A stretch of DNA of 63,618 nt, filler included, from Folioceros fuciformis (lineage: Eukaryota), in NCBI GenBank assembly GCA_049999805.1. It is 5 parts of 5 records of this genome, joined end to end, with 100 filler letters (N's around TTAATTAATTAA, not from the genome) between each part and the next. Parts side by side here need not be neighbours in the genome. Positions count along the whole stretch, not along the records: positions 49,670 to 59,776 come from JBNGIO010005640.1; positions 59,877 to 62,073 come from JBNGIO010005651.1; positions 62,174 to 63,618 come from JBNGIO010005661.1; 2 more parts are not named here. One strand, written 5' to 3'. Made by a program: the position numbers and the translations under genes. Numbering within the stretch: the first letter of the stretch is position 1; every line of letters begins with the position of its first letter. Below are positions 51,278 through 63,618 of the stretch, piece by piece. The notes below the pieces were generated by a model. It saw nothing but the letters and a program-made list of their open reading frames with translations. It was not told the origin of the DNA and did no database searches.

Positions 51278-51972
51278 TGCCCACTGTATCATTAGGCGGT
51301 GCATCCTATTTTGTCACTTTTATAGATGATTTCTCACGCAAAGTGTGGGTTTATCCTTTGAGGAAAAAGGATGATGTTCTGATAGTGTTTCAGAAATTTG
51401 TCACCCTTGTGGAGAATCAGTCTGGCCTCCGATTGAAGTGTCTAAAGACAGACAATGGGGGAGAGTATGTTTCGAAGGCTTTCCAGTCATTCTGTGATTC
51501 CAAGGGAATCAAGAGAGAATTGACTGCCCCGTATACTCCTCCCTAGAATGGTGTGGCTGAACGGATGAACAGGACCATCCAGGAGAGGATGCGTAGTTTG
51601 TTGTCAAACTCTGGATTGCCTAACGGATTTTGGGTAGAAGTAGTGGTTACTGCGGTGCATCTTATTAACAGATCTCCTAATAGGGCTGTGGATGAACAGG
51701 TTCCAGAGGAGATGTGGTATGGAAAGAAGCCGTCATACAAGCATCTATGAGTGTTTGGCTGCGAGGCATACTACCATGTTTTGAAGGAGTTTCGGGACAA
51801 GTTGGCTCCCAAGTCAAGAAAATGTATTTTTCTTGGCTATGGTGAATCTGGTGAGATGGGATACCGTCTATGGGATCCAGAGGCCAAGAGGGTGGTTCGC
51901 AGCAATGACGTGTTCTTCAATGAGACCAAGATGCCCAAGAAGCCTACTCCAACTTTGGAGGTGCAACGGGTG
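51278..51972 (+). mobile_element. Ty1/copia element B integrase fragment (host of the nested insertions)
   Basis: SLGGASYFVTFIDDFSRKVWVY, KTDNGGEY, PYTPP*NGVAERMNRTI, FGCEAY, KSRKCIFLGY, with in-frame stops. The reading frame resumes at 59172 (VQRV|VFQEDGFD). Confidence 0.88.
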
Positions 51973-54900
51973 TGTTGGGGAATTAAACCCGACATGAGTT
52001 TACTTAAGATAGGTTACTTGAGGGTTAACCTACCTAACTCAAAGGACACATACAATTTTTGTCTACAAGGACTCTGTATTCATTTTTATATATACACATA
52101 TTATATTTGTATCTAAGTCTTGCTTCTAATCAAGGTACTCTAGCTAATTACAAGACATAATTGTCATGGTATCAGAGCCCTCGATGCTCTAAGTCTTCCA
52201 CTATATTGATTAACTGATGTGTCTAGTCTAGGGCCTCAATAATCATAGATGATAGTCGCATCAGTTTCTGGTCCTTGTGCTTAAAATGCCTAGAAGAAGT
52301 GATAGGCGTAGAAATAGGCCTATTCCTACACCTCCTTGGGCTGCTAGGGCTGATTATATCCGAAGGTGACACAATAATCTGTTTATTGTGTCAGACGCTG
52401 ATGTTTGGATCCAGGACAGAGAGAGGCAGAATGGAGTGAGAGAATGTCTTGTCTCTCCTCATTCTTACTACAGTTGTGTGTTCGCCAGACGTCTTGAGAT
52501 TGAGAGGTCTAACCTTCTGCAATCAAGGATTAAAAGAGACAATTGGTTAGTAGGAGTTGACGAAGACGTGGCGTTATTTGATCAATTGGATTCTACAAGA
52601 CGTCCTTTCGCAGATAAGAGATTCTCCTCCAAATTGGACAGCATTGAAGCCCTGTTGACTCGATTGCTTGTTCAGACTCAGCCAAAGCTTGAACAGATTT
52701 CTTTCGATGTGGAATCTCTCTAATAAGAAGTCAGTCAAGTTGCCAATGAGATTGCTAGTCTAAAGGTTTTTCGGGAATCTTCTTCAATCTCTGCTGTTCA
52801 ACCAGTTGCAGCCCTGTATCTGAAATCACTCGTTCCCATGAGGGAGGGAGCAAGTGTTGGGGATCAATAGGGTGCAACGACTTCCAAGATCTGAAGCGGT
52901 GCGCTACAACATTTGGGATCCTAGCACGCTGACAAGGGAGCACTCGACAGGCACTTTCCATAGTTGTACTTGTTGAATGATGCATCCACGTGTCATCCGT
53001 CTGCTGTTTTCCTCTTCGTTGCTGGAGTCATGTCTCTTGCGTTCTTGGTCCCCTGCCACTGACATGTGAACCGTTATTCAGTTATACGTTCACATGACAT
53101 AGTTTTAGGTTTTTAGGGTTTTTCCTTTTAAGAACTAAAACTAGAGTTCACGAAACGCTATTTCAATGTACCGTTTCGTACCTTTTTTGTCTCATCAGGC
53201 TATGTTGTAGTTGTGCCTGTTGGGTATGTAGCTGATGTTGTAGGTTGACTCAGATAGTGATTTAGATTTGGACCAATTCTCTTGGTTGTATTCTGATCCA
53301 CCACTTCCTGTCAATCCAATACTTGTTCAGCCCATCATGGCATCCATTCCAGTAGCTCCTCAATCTACATTTGTCGGTCCCTCTATTCAGGTGAATTTAA
53401 GGAGAAAGACAAATTTGACTGGAAACCCATCAGGTTTGAGAGCTGGAAGGCGAGAATGAAAGCTAAGCTAGATGCCAGAGACGTGTGGGAGTATGTGGAC
53501 GGATCCATACCCAATCCATTGAAGGTACCTAGCACAACAATACCACAACCAACAGCTGATGAAATAGCAAAGTGGAAGAAAGGCAACAAAATCGCTTTTG
53601 CTATCCTATTATCTGGACTAGATGAGTCAACGGTAACTGAAGTTGACACCTTGGAAATAGCTGAAGTTGTCTGGAAGTAGCTGTCTGATACTTACCAGGT
53701 TCAGAATGTTTGTACAATGATCAATGCTCGTAATAACTTCCATAGTCTTAGGTTGAAGGAGGGGGAACCAGTTGTGGCTCATATCACTAAGTTGAGGCAC
53801 CTACAGGCACAACTTGCCGCACTAGGTACCAAGATCACTGAGGTGGAGATGACTGCTCAACTGTTGGCCAGCCTGCCTTTGTCCTATCAACCATTCATAT
53901 CCAGTCAAAATACCACCTTGCGTGACACATACAAGGTAGCAACAAGTGGTCAACCATCAACATTGAATCTGAAAGAAATCATAGGGGCTCTCTTGCAAGA
54001 AGAACAAAGCCACCTACATACCCATTCAGGTTCTCGCCTGCGAGGGGAGAAGGTCATGTTTGCCTCCAAAGGAAAAGGACAGTGGAGAGGAAAAGACAAG
54101 GGCAAGAAGACACCCACATCTTCTACCTCTTCTTCAAACTTCCCGACCAAACGCAATGGTAACTGTAATTGGTGTCAGATCCCCGATCACTGGGAATGTG
54201 ACTGTAGGAAAAAGAAGGCGGGTGAGCCTAAGAAGGATTCAAGATCTGAAGCTCACATTATATCAAAGGAGAACAAGACCTCTGGATCTCAACATAAGAG
54301 TGGGAGTACTATTCTTACAGTCTGCCTGACTTCTTATAAGGATCAGTCTTCCTCCTGGTTTGTGGACTCTGGCGCAACGGCTCATGTCTGCAATAACCAA
54401 GAACTCTTCTCCACCCTACAGAAATAGCAATCACCTCAACTAGTGTATGTTGGTGATGCTCGTGGTGTTAAGGTAAAAGGAACTGGTTTAGTAAACATAC
54501 CTCTCTTTGGTGGAACAGTTCTGCATTTGGATGATGTACTCTTTGTCCCTGAGATGAGTAAGAATCTTCTATCCATCAAAGCTCTTGTTCAGAGTTAGAA
54601 ATATGGCTTTAAGTTTGAGAACAGGAAGTGCTATACCTACCAGCAGTCATTTCCAGAAGTTTCTATTGCTAAGGCTGTTCTAATCAATGATTTGTATCAG
54701 TTAGTAATAATTCAAAAATCCAAAGTAAGGGCTCTATTGGCTGCTTACAATGTACAGGCTAACCTCTAGCATGCACGATTAGGACATGTGAACAGGTCTA
54801 AGTTAGATCTTATGTCTTCGTCTAACTGTTACAGAGAACAACTTCCTCCTTGCTTTAAGCATCTTGAGGCATGTCGCTCCTGCATATTATCCAAGCAAAA

Positions 54901-57900
54901 AGAGTTACCATTCAAGAATAAAATAGCAACAAGGGTCAAATCTGTCTAGGAGCTAGTTCATGCTGACATAGGTGGTAAACTCCCTGTGAAGTCTCTTGGC
55001 GGCGCTGAATACTATCTCACGTTACACTTGGACTTTTCCTCTTAAATTGAAGAGTGACGTGTTTGATACCATTGCTTCCTGGATTCCAATGGTACAACGT
55101 CAAACAGGAAAATTAGTCAAGTGCTTCCGTACAGATAATGGAGGTGAATTTACAGGTTACAGGTTTGATCACCTTTTCCAGCAGTTCGGCATCATTGGCA
55201 GCTATCTATTCCCTACACGTAGCAGCAGAATGGTGTTGCCGAGCATAAGAACCAAACATTAATGGGAATGACACGAAGCGTGCTCTTGTGGTCATCCTTA
55301 CCTAAAAGCTTCTGGGCTGAAGCTGTTGTTGCTGCCACATATATTTTGAATCGTGTGCTTACAGCAACTCTCCCAGGACAGACGCCTTATGAAGCCTTTT
55401 GGGGTAGGAAGCCCAACCTCTTGCATCTTCGAGTATTCGGGTCTCCAGCGTTTGCTTATATCCCTGAACCCAAGAGGGGGAAATTAGATGCTGGGGCTAA
55501 AGCCCTTCTATTCTTGGGTTACTCTGAAGAGTCCAAAGCTTACAAATTGTTCGATCCTCAAACCTTAAAAATTACCCTCTCGCAGTGTTACCTTCATAGA
55601 ATTGTCATCCCCTAAGCCGAATGTCAATCCTCATCTTGTAGACCCTTTTGTGGATTCCGATCAGTCTGTACATGCTCCAACCTACACCTATCCAATGTCA
55701 GATGGTGAGCCTCCTTCACAATAGGAATATGAAGATGCAGATACTGCTGAACAGGCTATTAGAGATGACTTTGAAACTCCACCTAGAATTCAACAAGCTA
55801 CTTTACCTGTTGACCCTGATCGAGACGATGCCGATGTGGATTTTCATGGATAGGACACTAATGATGACCTGTCATTACATGAGTCGGAGGATTCCAATCA
55901 TGCTACCTCAAATATTGGGTTGTTGGTTGGTGACACAACAAAATGAAGGTGAGGTACAGCCAGAGCCTTCAAGATATCCCACTCGTGAAAGATGAACAAG
56001 GGAAAACTGGCTCAACCCACCCTATCAAACTGAAGACTTTCGCAAGCCTGCAGCTCATGTGTTTGATCTTCATGTCCCTGAAGTTCGACCAGATCCTCAG
56101 TCCTATTCAGAGGCTCTAAACGGACCTGATGGAGAACACTGGCGCAAGTCAATAGATGATGAATATAACAACTTGATTAAAAATAACACTTGGGAACTAG
56201 TTGATCTACCACTGGGCAGAAAACCTACCTGCTGCAAGTGGGTTTTTAAAACTAAGCTGACTTCTGATGGTACTATAGCACGTTACAAATCCAGGCTAGT
56301 AGCTAGGGGTTTCAGCCAGATTCCTGGAATTGATTTTGGTGATACTTTTTCCCCGGTTGTAAAACCACCCTCAGGTCGCATCTTACTTGCTATGGCCGTA
56401 GAGTTCAACTTAGAAGTCCACCAGATGGACGTGCGCACTGCCTTCCTACATTGTTTATGGAACAACCAAAGGGTTTTGTTAGCAAGAAGTGGCCTAAGAA
56501 GGTTTGTAACTCCTTAAAACTTTATATGGGCTAAAGCAGAGCCCAAGAGCTTGGTATAAGCGTATTGTGAAGTACCTTCAGACATTGGGTTTTCTTCAAA
56601 GTCCAGCAGACACAAATGTGTTCTACCTTGCCATTGGTGCTCTCTTTGTTATCTTGGCTCTATATGTCGATGATTGTGTCTTGCTCAGCAATGATATAGG
56701 GCAGTTAAATAAAGTAAAGGACATGCTTAGACAGGAGTTTGAAATGACAGACCAAGGTGAACTTCAATTCTGCCTTGGTATTCAGATTCTACGTAATCGA
56801 CAAGCAGGGCAGATAATCTTATATCAAACAAAGTACTTGAAGGAGATCCTCAAGCATTTCAACCTTGATGACGCTCCATCCATCGGCAGTTGGGGAGAAG
56901 CTCACACGAAATATGTCACCTCAGCTGGCTGCAAACATTGAGGACATGGCTTCTGTGCCATATGCTGAAGCTGTGGGGTGTTTGATTTTCCTGGCCAACT
57001 ATACACGCCCCGCTATTAGTTATGCTGTAAGCCAGGCCTCTCAATTTCTCAAGCAGCTAGGAAGGATTCATTGGGCTGCTGTAAAGAGAATTTACAGATA
57101 CCTAAAGGGGACTATTACTTATGGTTTGCAGTATACCTCAAGTGGGAGTAAGAGTTTGGAACTTATCTCATACGCCGATGCTAATTGGGCGTCTGATGCA
57201 AACACTCATCGTAGCTTGTCGGCATACTGCTTTCTCCTAGCATCAGGCTCCGTAAGTTGGAGCTGTAAAAAAACAAACCTCCCTGGCCCTATCCTCAACC
57301 AAAGCTAAATACAAGGCCCTTACGGATGCCTGCAAAGAAGCTGAATGGCAAAGACAGTTCCTTGAGTCAGTGCAACAATTGCAAATCGGACCAACTAAGC
57401 TGCACTGCTACAATATGGGTGCTATAGCTCTCGTTTCCAATCCCAGGTTTCGTGCGAGGACAAAGCATATAGAGCTTTACCATCACTATGTCCGGGATGT
57501 GGCAGAACGAGGAGCTATCAAAGTTCAGTACATCAGTACTCACTTGAACACTGCCGATATTTTCACAAAAGGGCTCCCAAAGGCCAAACATTTCCATCAC
57601 ATGGCTGCATTAGGTCTAAAAGAGTTCAGCTATCCTAAGAAAATAACCTAACTATTCTATGTAGAGCCATGGCTTTTTCCTGGGGAGTTCATTGCTGTCC
57701 TATCCGCACAGGAGATATGCATCTTAGTGGCCCTTACCACCGTTCTCTTTTGAAAGTGCTCCAAGTTTGTAGCCCCCCTGTGTCAATAGGATCGACTCCA
57801 GTCTATGTGCAAGTGTAGGAGAGGAGAGGAGAGGAGAGAAGAGAGGGTGGTATTGGTGGTCATAACCAAAAACAATACACATCACCACTGTCTTACTATG

Positions 57901-59166
57901 GAGGTCCGAGGTCTCCATTTAAGTAGTACATTTAGGGCTACACAACTTCCAAGTTCAATATGGCATACTCTACACTATCCTAAGTTCATTAATAACTAGA
58001 ACTAGTTTAGTATGAACCCAACCGGGATAACTAACACCACATGAGTTTAGCTTATATAGAGCTCGATAACTCAACACCATGCTTAGAAAGACAAGTCTCA
58101 GATTAGTGTCAAGCACATGGACTGTCCAGAGGATGAAGCTTATTTCACAAATCCAGTCGTGGACAGAACATACTGTATGTTTAGTGTAGAACTCACCTTG
58201 AACAATCTCTTCCCGCACAGTGGACACAGTCGGCTACTGTAGGTGCACACGCAACAGTCTCTGCCTGCATGTCTAGTTCTGCTTGGTTCGATGTCGTTAC
58301 AGACTTCGTCCGTAGTGCCAACAACCCGTGCAACAATTTCTTCAACCAGAGCCGCCTGCTGCCTAGCGACCTTGACCCTCTTCACATCCAGGAGCTTCTC
58401 CATTTCATCTAGCGTAGCAAAGGCTGCTTCAACTTGGTCAGCTAGCACAGGAGCAATGGGAGGACCTCTGTGAACTCGACTACGAGGAGCGCTCTCCACC
58501 TCTTCACCCGTGGGGTTTGCAGTTAGATCAAGATCTGTCAAGCTGGGCCTGGATGTCTCGGAGGAATCAGAAGACTTCAGCTCTGACACAAAGCCGCCAA
58601 GGTTGCGAGGAGGCAGAGCAGGTATGGCGCCACTTCATTTTCCGTAGGCGCTGCAGCTGGTATGGCGCTTCTGACTTCAAGGCGTCCTCGTGCCTAGCTT
58701 CTGTCAGCTCTGCCACGGTTGGTCTTCATCCTTGGGCGTCTTGTGGCTGAGGGTGGCATTGGCACTGGATGTAGCCCCTGTGCGCGTTCCCGCCTTTATG
58801 TATGTGTCACCTTCCTTTCTCATGGGTAGCATGCACGAGAGGAACTCGGACAAGAGCTCCATGTGGTGTACCATGTCACTCATAGGTAGCGGTGGCCTAG
58901 TGCTCCTGTATGATTGCAGTCTGTGCGAAGTAAAGTGTGTATGAGTAACCCTCGTTTGGGTTTAGTGGGAGTGTTCGGGAATTAAACCCAACACCAGTTT
59001 ACTGAAGATAGGTTACTTGAGGGTTAACCTACCTAACTCAAAGGACACATATGATTTTTGTACATAAGGACATCTGTATTCATTTTTATATATACACATA
59101 TTATATTTGTATCTAAGTCTTGTTTCTAGTCTAGGTACTCTAGCTAATTACAAGACATAATTGTCA
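51973..59166 (+). mobile_element. Full-length degenerate Ty1/copia element C (7.2 kb)
   Basis: LTRs 51973-52166 and 58972-59166 (TG..CA, roughly 93% identical by manual comparison); PBS TGGTATCAGAGC at 52167; PPT AGTGGGAG at 58964; target-site duplication GGGTG/GGATG with one mismatch. Confidence 0.95.
53337..57651 (+). pseudogene. Disrupted copia gag-PR-INT-RT-RNase H polyprotein of element C
   Basis: CNWCQIPDHWECDC zinc knuckle, WFVDSGAT protease, RTDNGGEF integrase, HQMDVRTAFLH and LYVDD RT, ARTKHIELYHHYVRD..ADIFTKGL RNase H; many stops and frameshifts. Confidence 0.93.
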
Positions 59167-59776
59167 GGATGGTCTTCCAAGAAGATGGATTTGACCGTCT
59201 CGCGCAAGTTGAACGTTGTGATGTGCAGGAACAAGTTCCTCCCCTTGTAGAAGAGGAGAGAGTACAACCAGCTCCGGTCAAGGCGCCAGTGCTTTGTAGG
59301 TTGTGGAGGCAAAACCCCGGGCACTGATTGCCGACGAGTTCCACCTTTAGTGGCCACACTTATCCCACTGTCGTTGAGACATTGGGTTTCGTTCCCACGA
59401 AGGAGCGATGGGGTTCCTTGCTGCTGTGGATGGAGGGTCGGACTTGATCAACTCGATGATGGATTCGAGGGCTCCCCTCCAGCTCCGATCGGGCGTAGGA
59501 CAGGCCTCGCTGTCCGGCGGTCAGCTGCACCTCTCTTGGTGCCCACAAACTCACTCCAGTCACTACAACGACTCTAACCTCTCAGATCTGCGTCTTTCCT
59601 CACACACCTCACTCACTCTCTCACTCCAGCACCAACACCAGCAACTACCAGCCACCAGCAACGACACCACTACCTTCTACACTTTCCTACGGACTCCTCC
59701 TACCCGGCAAGAGTCACTAGACTAACTCCAAACAAAAGGACGAAGGGAACACACTCCCCTCTTGGGTATCTCCTCC

Positions 59777-59876
59777 NNNNNNNNNNNNNNNNNNNNNNNN
59801 NNNNNNNNNNNNNNNNNNNNTTAATTAATTAANNNNNNNNNNNNNNNNNNNNNNNNNNNNNNNNNNNNNNNNNNNN
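59777..59876. other. Artificial contig spacer
   Basis: 44N-TTAATTAATTAA-44N. Confidence 0.97.
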
Positions 59877-61550
59877 AACAAAAGGTAACATACGTTATCT
59901 ACCTTTTTGGCTAAGGGCAATTGTAGGCTTAGTGCCTTGGCATGTTGCTATTAAAACAACATCCTACTGGGATTAACATCAATTATTAGGACGAAGCAAA
60001 CCTCCACTGCCCTAGTAAGGTTGGTCGTACACTATGGAATTAATAAATTGGGACTATTTGAAGTCTCTCTCTGTGTACAATCGGCCGAAGTTGTTACAAT
60101 TATTATTATTATTATTATTATTTAATGTTTGATTTGCTCTTTGATTTTAGATTGTAGAAGTGGCAAGGCCAAAGTCTATTGCGGTAGCCATTAACCAAGT
60201 CTTAGAGCTTGTGAAAGAAGCTAAACTGCTTATAGGTCTAAAAGGGAAGGATCATTATCGAAGAAAACTCTAGAGAGGACTTCAACTAGGGTGTGCATGA
60301 CCAGAGGAGTTATGTCAAATTAACAACTAAGGCAACAACAAGCATAAGGAGGACACTTATTTTTTCTCCTTCTTTTGCTTCTTCCTCCTCCCACCAGTCC
60401 CTCCCTCTTCTTGTTTGTACACAGGTTGGCTGGTTCTTCATAGGAGAAATCACTCTAGCCTAACATTTTAGACTTTTCTCCATGCTCAAGCATTGTAACT
60501 CATGCACCCAGTGTGTCCCATGTTTTAGACTTTTCTCCATGGTCAAGCATGGTGTCCCATGTTTTGGACTTTTTACCAGGTTAATAAAGTCCAATGTGCT
60601 TCGACTAATGTGTTTAGTGTAAGATTAGTGTCTAGTTCAGTACCATTAGTTTAGATTAGCTTAAGCTAATCTATTGGAAGCTTCTTGCGCAACTTCCGAT
60701 GTGCTCCTTGCGCAGCTTCCGATGCGCTCGTTGCGCAGCTTTCAATGCGCTTCTTGCGTAGCTTCCGATACGCTTCTTGCGCAGCTTCCGATGCGCTTCT
60801 TGTGAAGCTTCCTAGGTCCTAAGATTGGAAGCTTCCTATGACTTTAGTGGTAGTTAGACCCTTGCTCAATGCCAGGACCTAGGACTTTAGTGGTAGTGAA
60901 GACTCTTTCCCCTTACTAGCTTGGAGGACCTAAGACTCTAGTGATATGGAAGACTCTTTCTCCTTACTAGCTTGGACGCTGATATTTTAGCTACTATTGG
61001 TAGCCATTAGGGTTAGCTACTATTGGTAGCCATTAGGGTTAGGGGTAGCCGTATTGTCTAATCAAGATTTATCTCCCTCATTACGGATGGATGGATTTTC
61101 ATATTGGTTTTTTTATAGTCTTTTTAAAATAAATGGACCTAACCTTCTTGATGCATCGAAGATGTGCATAAGGTTCTTGAGCATAGGAAACAACTTAGCT
61201 ATGAGGTTCTTGAGCTTAGGAAAAACTTAGCCACGAGGTTCTTGAGCTTAGGAAACACCTTAGCATGAGGTTTTTTTTTCTTCTGAAGAGTTGAGGATCT
61301 TTCAAAATAAAATTATAAGTACAGAGGGCCCGTAGGTCCTATCAGAACCCTACGACGGAATAGACCGTGACGTGGACCCCAATTAGCGACCACGGAGGGT
61401 GCATGCGTGCCCGGGATCACTCCAGAATCCCTAGGCTTCAGGTGTTAAGTCGGCAAAATTTCCTGGGCATGATTTTCTGCATACACAAGAGCTCTGCCTC
61501 CGAACTGGGAATCGATTAAAGTCTCTACAATCTGAAATCGCCGTACCACA
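59877..61550. mobile_element. Probable long LTR or TE fragment with several internal tandem repeats
   Basis: Non-coding. Sub-repeats at 60462-60572, 60679-60811 (about 6 x 22-23 bp), 60836-60976, 60988-61043 and 61170-61271 (3 x 32-33 bp). The right edge reads TGTGGTACGG on the minus strand, an LTR-like terminus. Confidence 0.5.
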
Positions 61551-61625
61551 TGCCGTTCGTTAGTTCACAAAACGTGAACCACACTCACGAAGAATTCCAT
61601 GGAGTACAGGACTCTCATATCTCAC

Positions 61626-61967
61626 CTGACTCATACTCCATTCACTGTCTGGAACATTTTCAATGAGATACGACCACATCTCAGAGGGTGAGACGCTGGC
61701 AAAGTAGTCAAAGCCCAACCCGCCTTTACTGATGGGTTCAGTCAATCCTGGATACTGTGAGGCCTGTGGGAAGTCGCAATCGACTCAGCCAAGAGTGCTG
61801 GTGCTGTGCACACAAGCAATCCAGAATTTGTCAATTAAAAGAAGAGAGGCAGGATTGTGCATACATCCCCTGCAATTGTGACAATGTTCGAGTTGAGCTT
61901 GTGCAGCATCTCATTAGCCAGAATCACATACAGCAATGCATCTCTGTCCACGTATTGATTGCAGTAG
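61626..61967 (-). CDS. SBE3: Two internal exons of a starch branching enzyme 3 / BE1-type GH13 gene
   Basis: Exon 61967-61865 YCNQYVDRDALLYVILANEMLHKLNSNIVTIAGD; exon 61763-61626 ASQYPGLTEPISKGGLGFDYFASVSPSEMWSYLIENVPDSEWSMSQ; GT-AG bounded. Confidence 0.85.
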
Positions 61968-62073
61968 CTGCACAACCAGAGAAATGTGAGAAAGAGCGAG
62001 GAAGCAGTCTATGTAATTCGACCAACATGGAGCTCCTGCGAGCAATTTCCTGAATGACAGCAGCCTTACTCAT

Positions 62074-62173
62074 NNNNNNNNNNNNNNNNNNNNNNNNNNN
62101 NNNNNNNNNNNNNNNNNTTAATTAATTAANNNNNNNNNNNNNNNNNNNNNNNNNNNNNNNNNNNNNNNNNNNN
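62074..62173. other. Artificial contig spacer
   Basis: 44N-TTAATTAATTAA-44N. Confidence 0.97.
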
Positions 62174-63618
62174 TTGATAGATTCAAGGCTAGGTTGGTGG
62201 TGAAGGGATACTCCCAAGAGGAGGGCATTGACTACAATGAGACATTTGCACCAGTTGCCAAGTTTGCATCCATCAAAACCTTACTTGCAGTGGGAGCAAT
62301 GTATGATTTGGAGATTCATCAAATGGATGTGAAAACAGCATTTCTAAATGGGGACTTGGAGGAAGACATTTACATGGAGCAACCCCAAGGCTATGTAGTT
62401 ATCGGCAAGGAGAACATGGTTTGCAAATTGAAGAAAGCTCTTTATGGATTGAAGCAGGCTCCAAGAGCTTGGTATCAAAAGATTAACTCATATCTTTTGG
62501 AGCAGGGTTTTCGGCAATGCACATCAGATGAGAGCATCTACATTTTTGAGGTCTCCCAAAGTAAGGTAATCTTAGCCATATATGTGGATGATCTTATCTT
62601 GTTGAGTCCATCTTTAAGCAGTATTGATAAAGTGAAGGAGATGTTGTCAAAGAAGTTTGAAATGAAGGACTTAGGGAACATCAACTATTGTCTTGGAATT
62701 GAAGTGCGGAGAGATAGGGCAGCACGTATCATCAGGCTTGGTCAGCAAGGGTATGTTGAGGGATTATTGGAGCGATTTGGAATGATGGATTGCAAGCCTA
62801 TTGGGACCCCTCAAGACTTAGGTGTGAAGTTGTGTAAGGTTGACTACTCATCAAATGATGGGGAGGAGCATGAGATGAGTAACATCCCATATAGGGCAGC
62901 AGTTGGAAGTTTGATGTATGCCATGGTAGGAACACGTCCAGACATTGCAAAGGCAGTGGGAGTAGTGAGCCAATTTATGCAAAGCCCTGGAAAGCAACAT
63001 TGGATTGCGGTGAAAAGGATCATGCGATACTTGAGAGGTACAAGTGATATGTGGTTGGAATTCTCGGGTGGAATCAAATGCCATAATATTATTGGGTATT
63101 GTGACTCCGATTGGGGAAGTGATCTTGATGATAGAAGATCAACTACAGGATATACTTTTATTTTAGGAGGAGGTGCCATTACTTGGAATAGTAAGAAGCA
63201 ACCCACGGTGGCCATATCGACAGTTGAAGCTGAGTACATGGCATCCACACAAGCCACCAAGGAGGCCGTATGGTTGAGAAAGCTCATGGAGGAGATTGGT
63301 TATGAACAATTACATCCGACCACTCTTAGGAGCGATAGTCAAGGAAGTATGGCCTTGATCAAGAATCCAGTGCATCATGCAAGGACAAAGCATATTGACA
63401 TTCAACATCACTTTGTACGTGAGAAGGTGAAGTTATTGGAGGTTACCTTTGAATATTGCAACACTGAGGAAATGGCTGCAGATTTCTTAACCAAGGCAGT
63501 GAGTAAGTTCAAGTTTGAGAAATGCAGGGGACTACTTGGACTAAAGCAAACTCAACTGCGCTGAGTGGGAGTGTTAAGCATGATTAACGTTGATATTAAT
63601 TAGTGCTAATCCAGCTTA
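62174..63618 (+). mobile_element. Ty1/copia element D: uninterrupted RT-RNase H ORF, PPT and start of the 3' LTR
   Basis: Stop-free frame of at least 456 aa (HQMDVKTAFLNG, YVDD, GYCDSDW, ARTKHIDIQHHF, ADFLTK) ending at 63564; PPT GAGTGGGAG 63563-63571; LTR begins TGTTAAG at 63572. Confidence 0.93.

Overview
Eukaryotic nuclear DNA from a gene-dense, short-intron land plant. An axonemal EFHC1/RIB72 gene and an SLC1-type transporter point to a seed-free, flagellate-sperm lineage such as a hornwort or lycophyte (inference). The window is five contigs joined by artificial 100-bp spacers (44N-TTAATTAATTAA-44N), so adjacency across spacers means nothing. Contig 1 (1-21606): EFHC1/RIB72, an LRR ORF directly behind a glutaredoxin-like gene, a DUF4787 secreted protein, a plastid DUF1995 protein, an RLD/PRAF (PH-RCC1-FYVE-BRX) gene and a truncated ZIM/ZML GATA factor. 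Contig 2 (21707-49569): partial GALS (GT92), two intronless RING-H2 ORFs, plastid UPRT, ATG1 kinase, histone H2B, an SLC1/DAACS transporter, a membrane metallophosphoesterase, tandem arrays and a microsatellite-rich tail. Contig 3: three nested Ty1/copia elements, one full-length with extra ORFs. Contig 4: two SBE3-type exons beside a repeat-rich insertion. Contig 5: an uninterrupted copia RT/RNase H. The two most notable signals are an animal/alga-style histone 3' stem-loop after H2B, and a glutaredoxin-LRR pair 40 nt apart that fuses in frame if one intron is retained. Exon boundaries and family assignments come from manual reading and recall of homologues, not from database searches.
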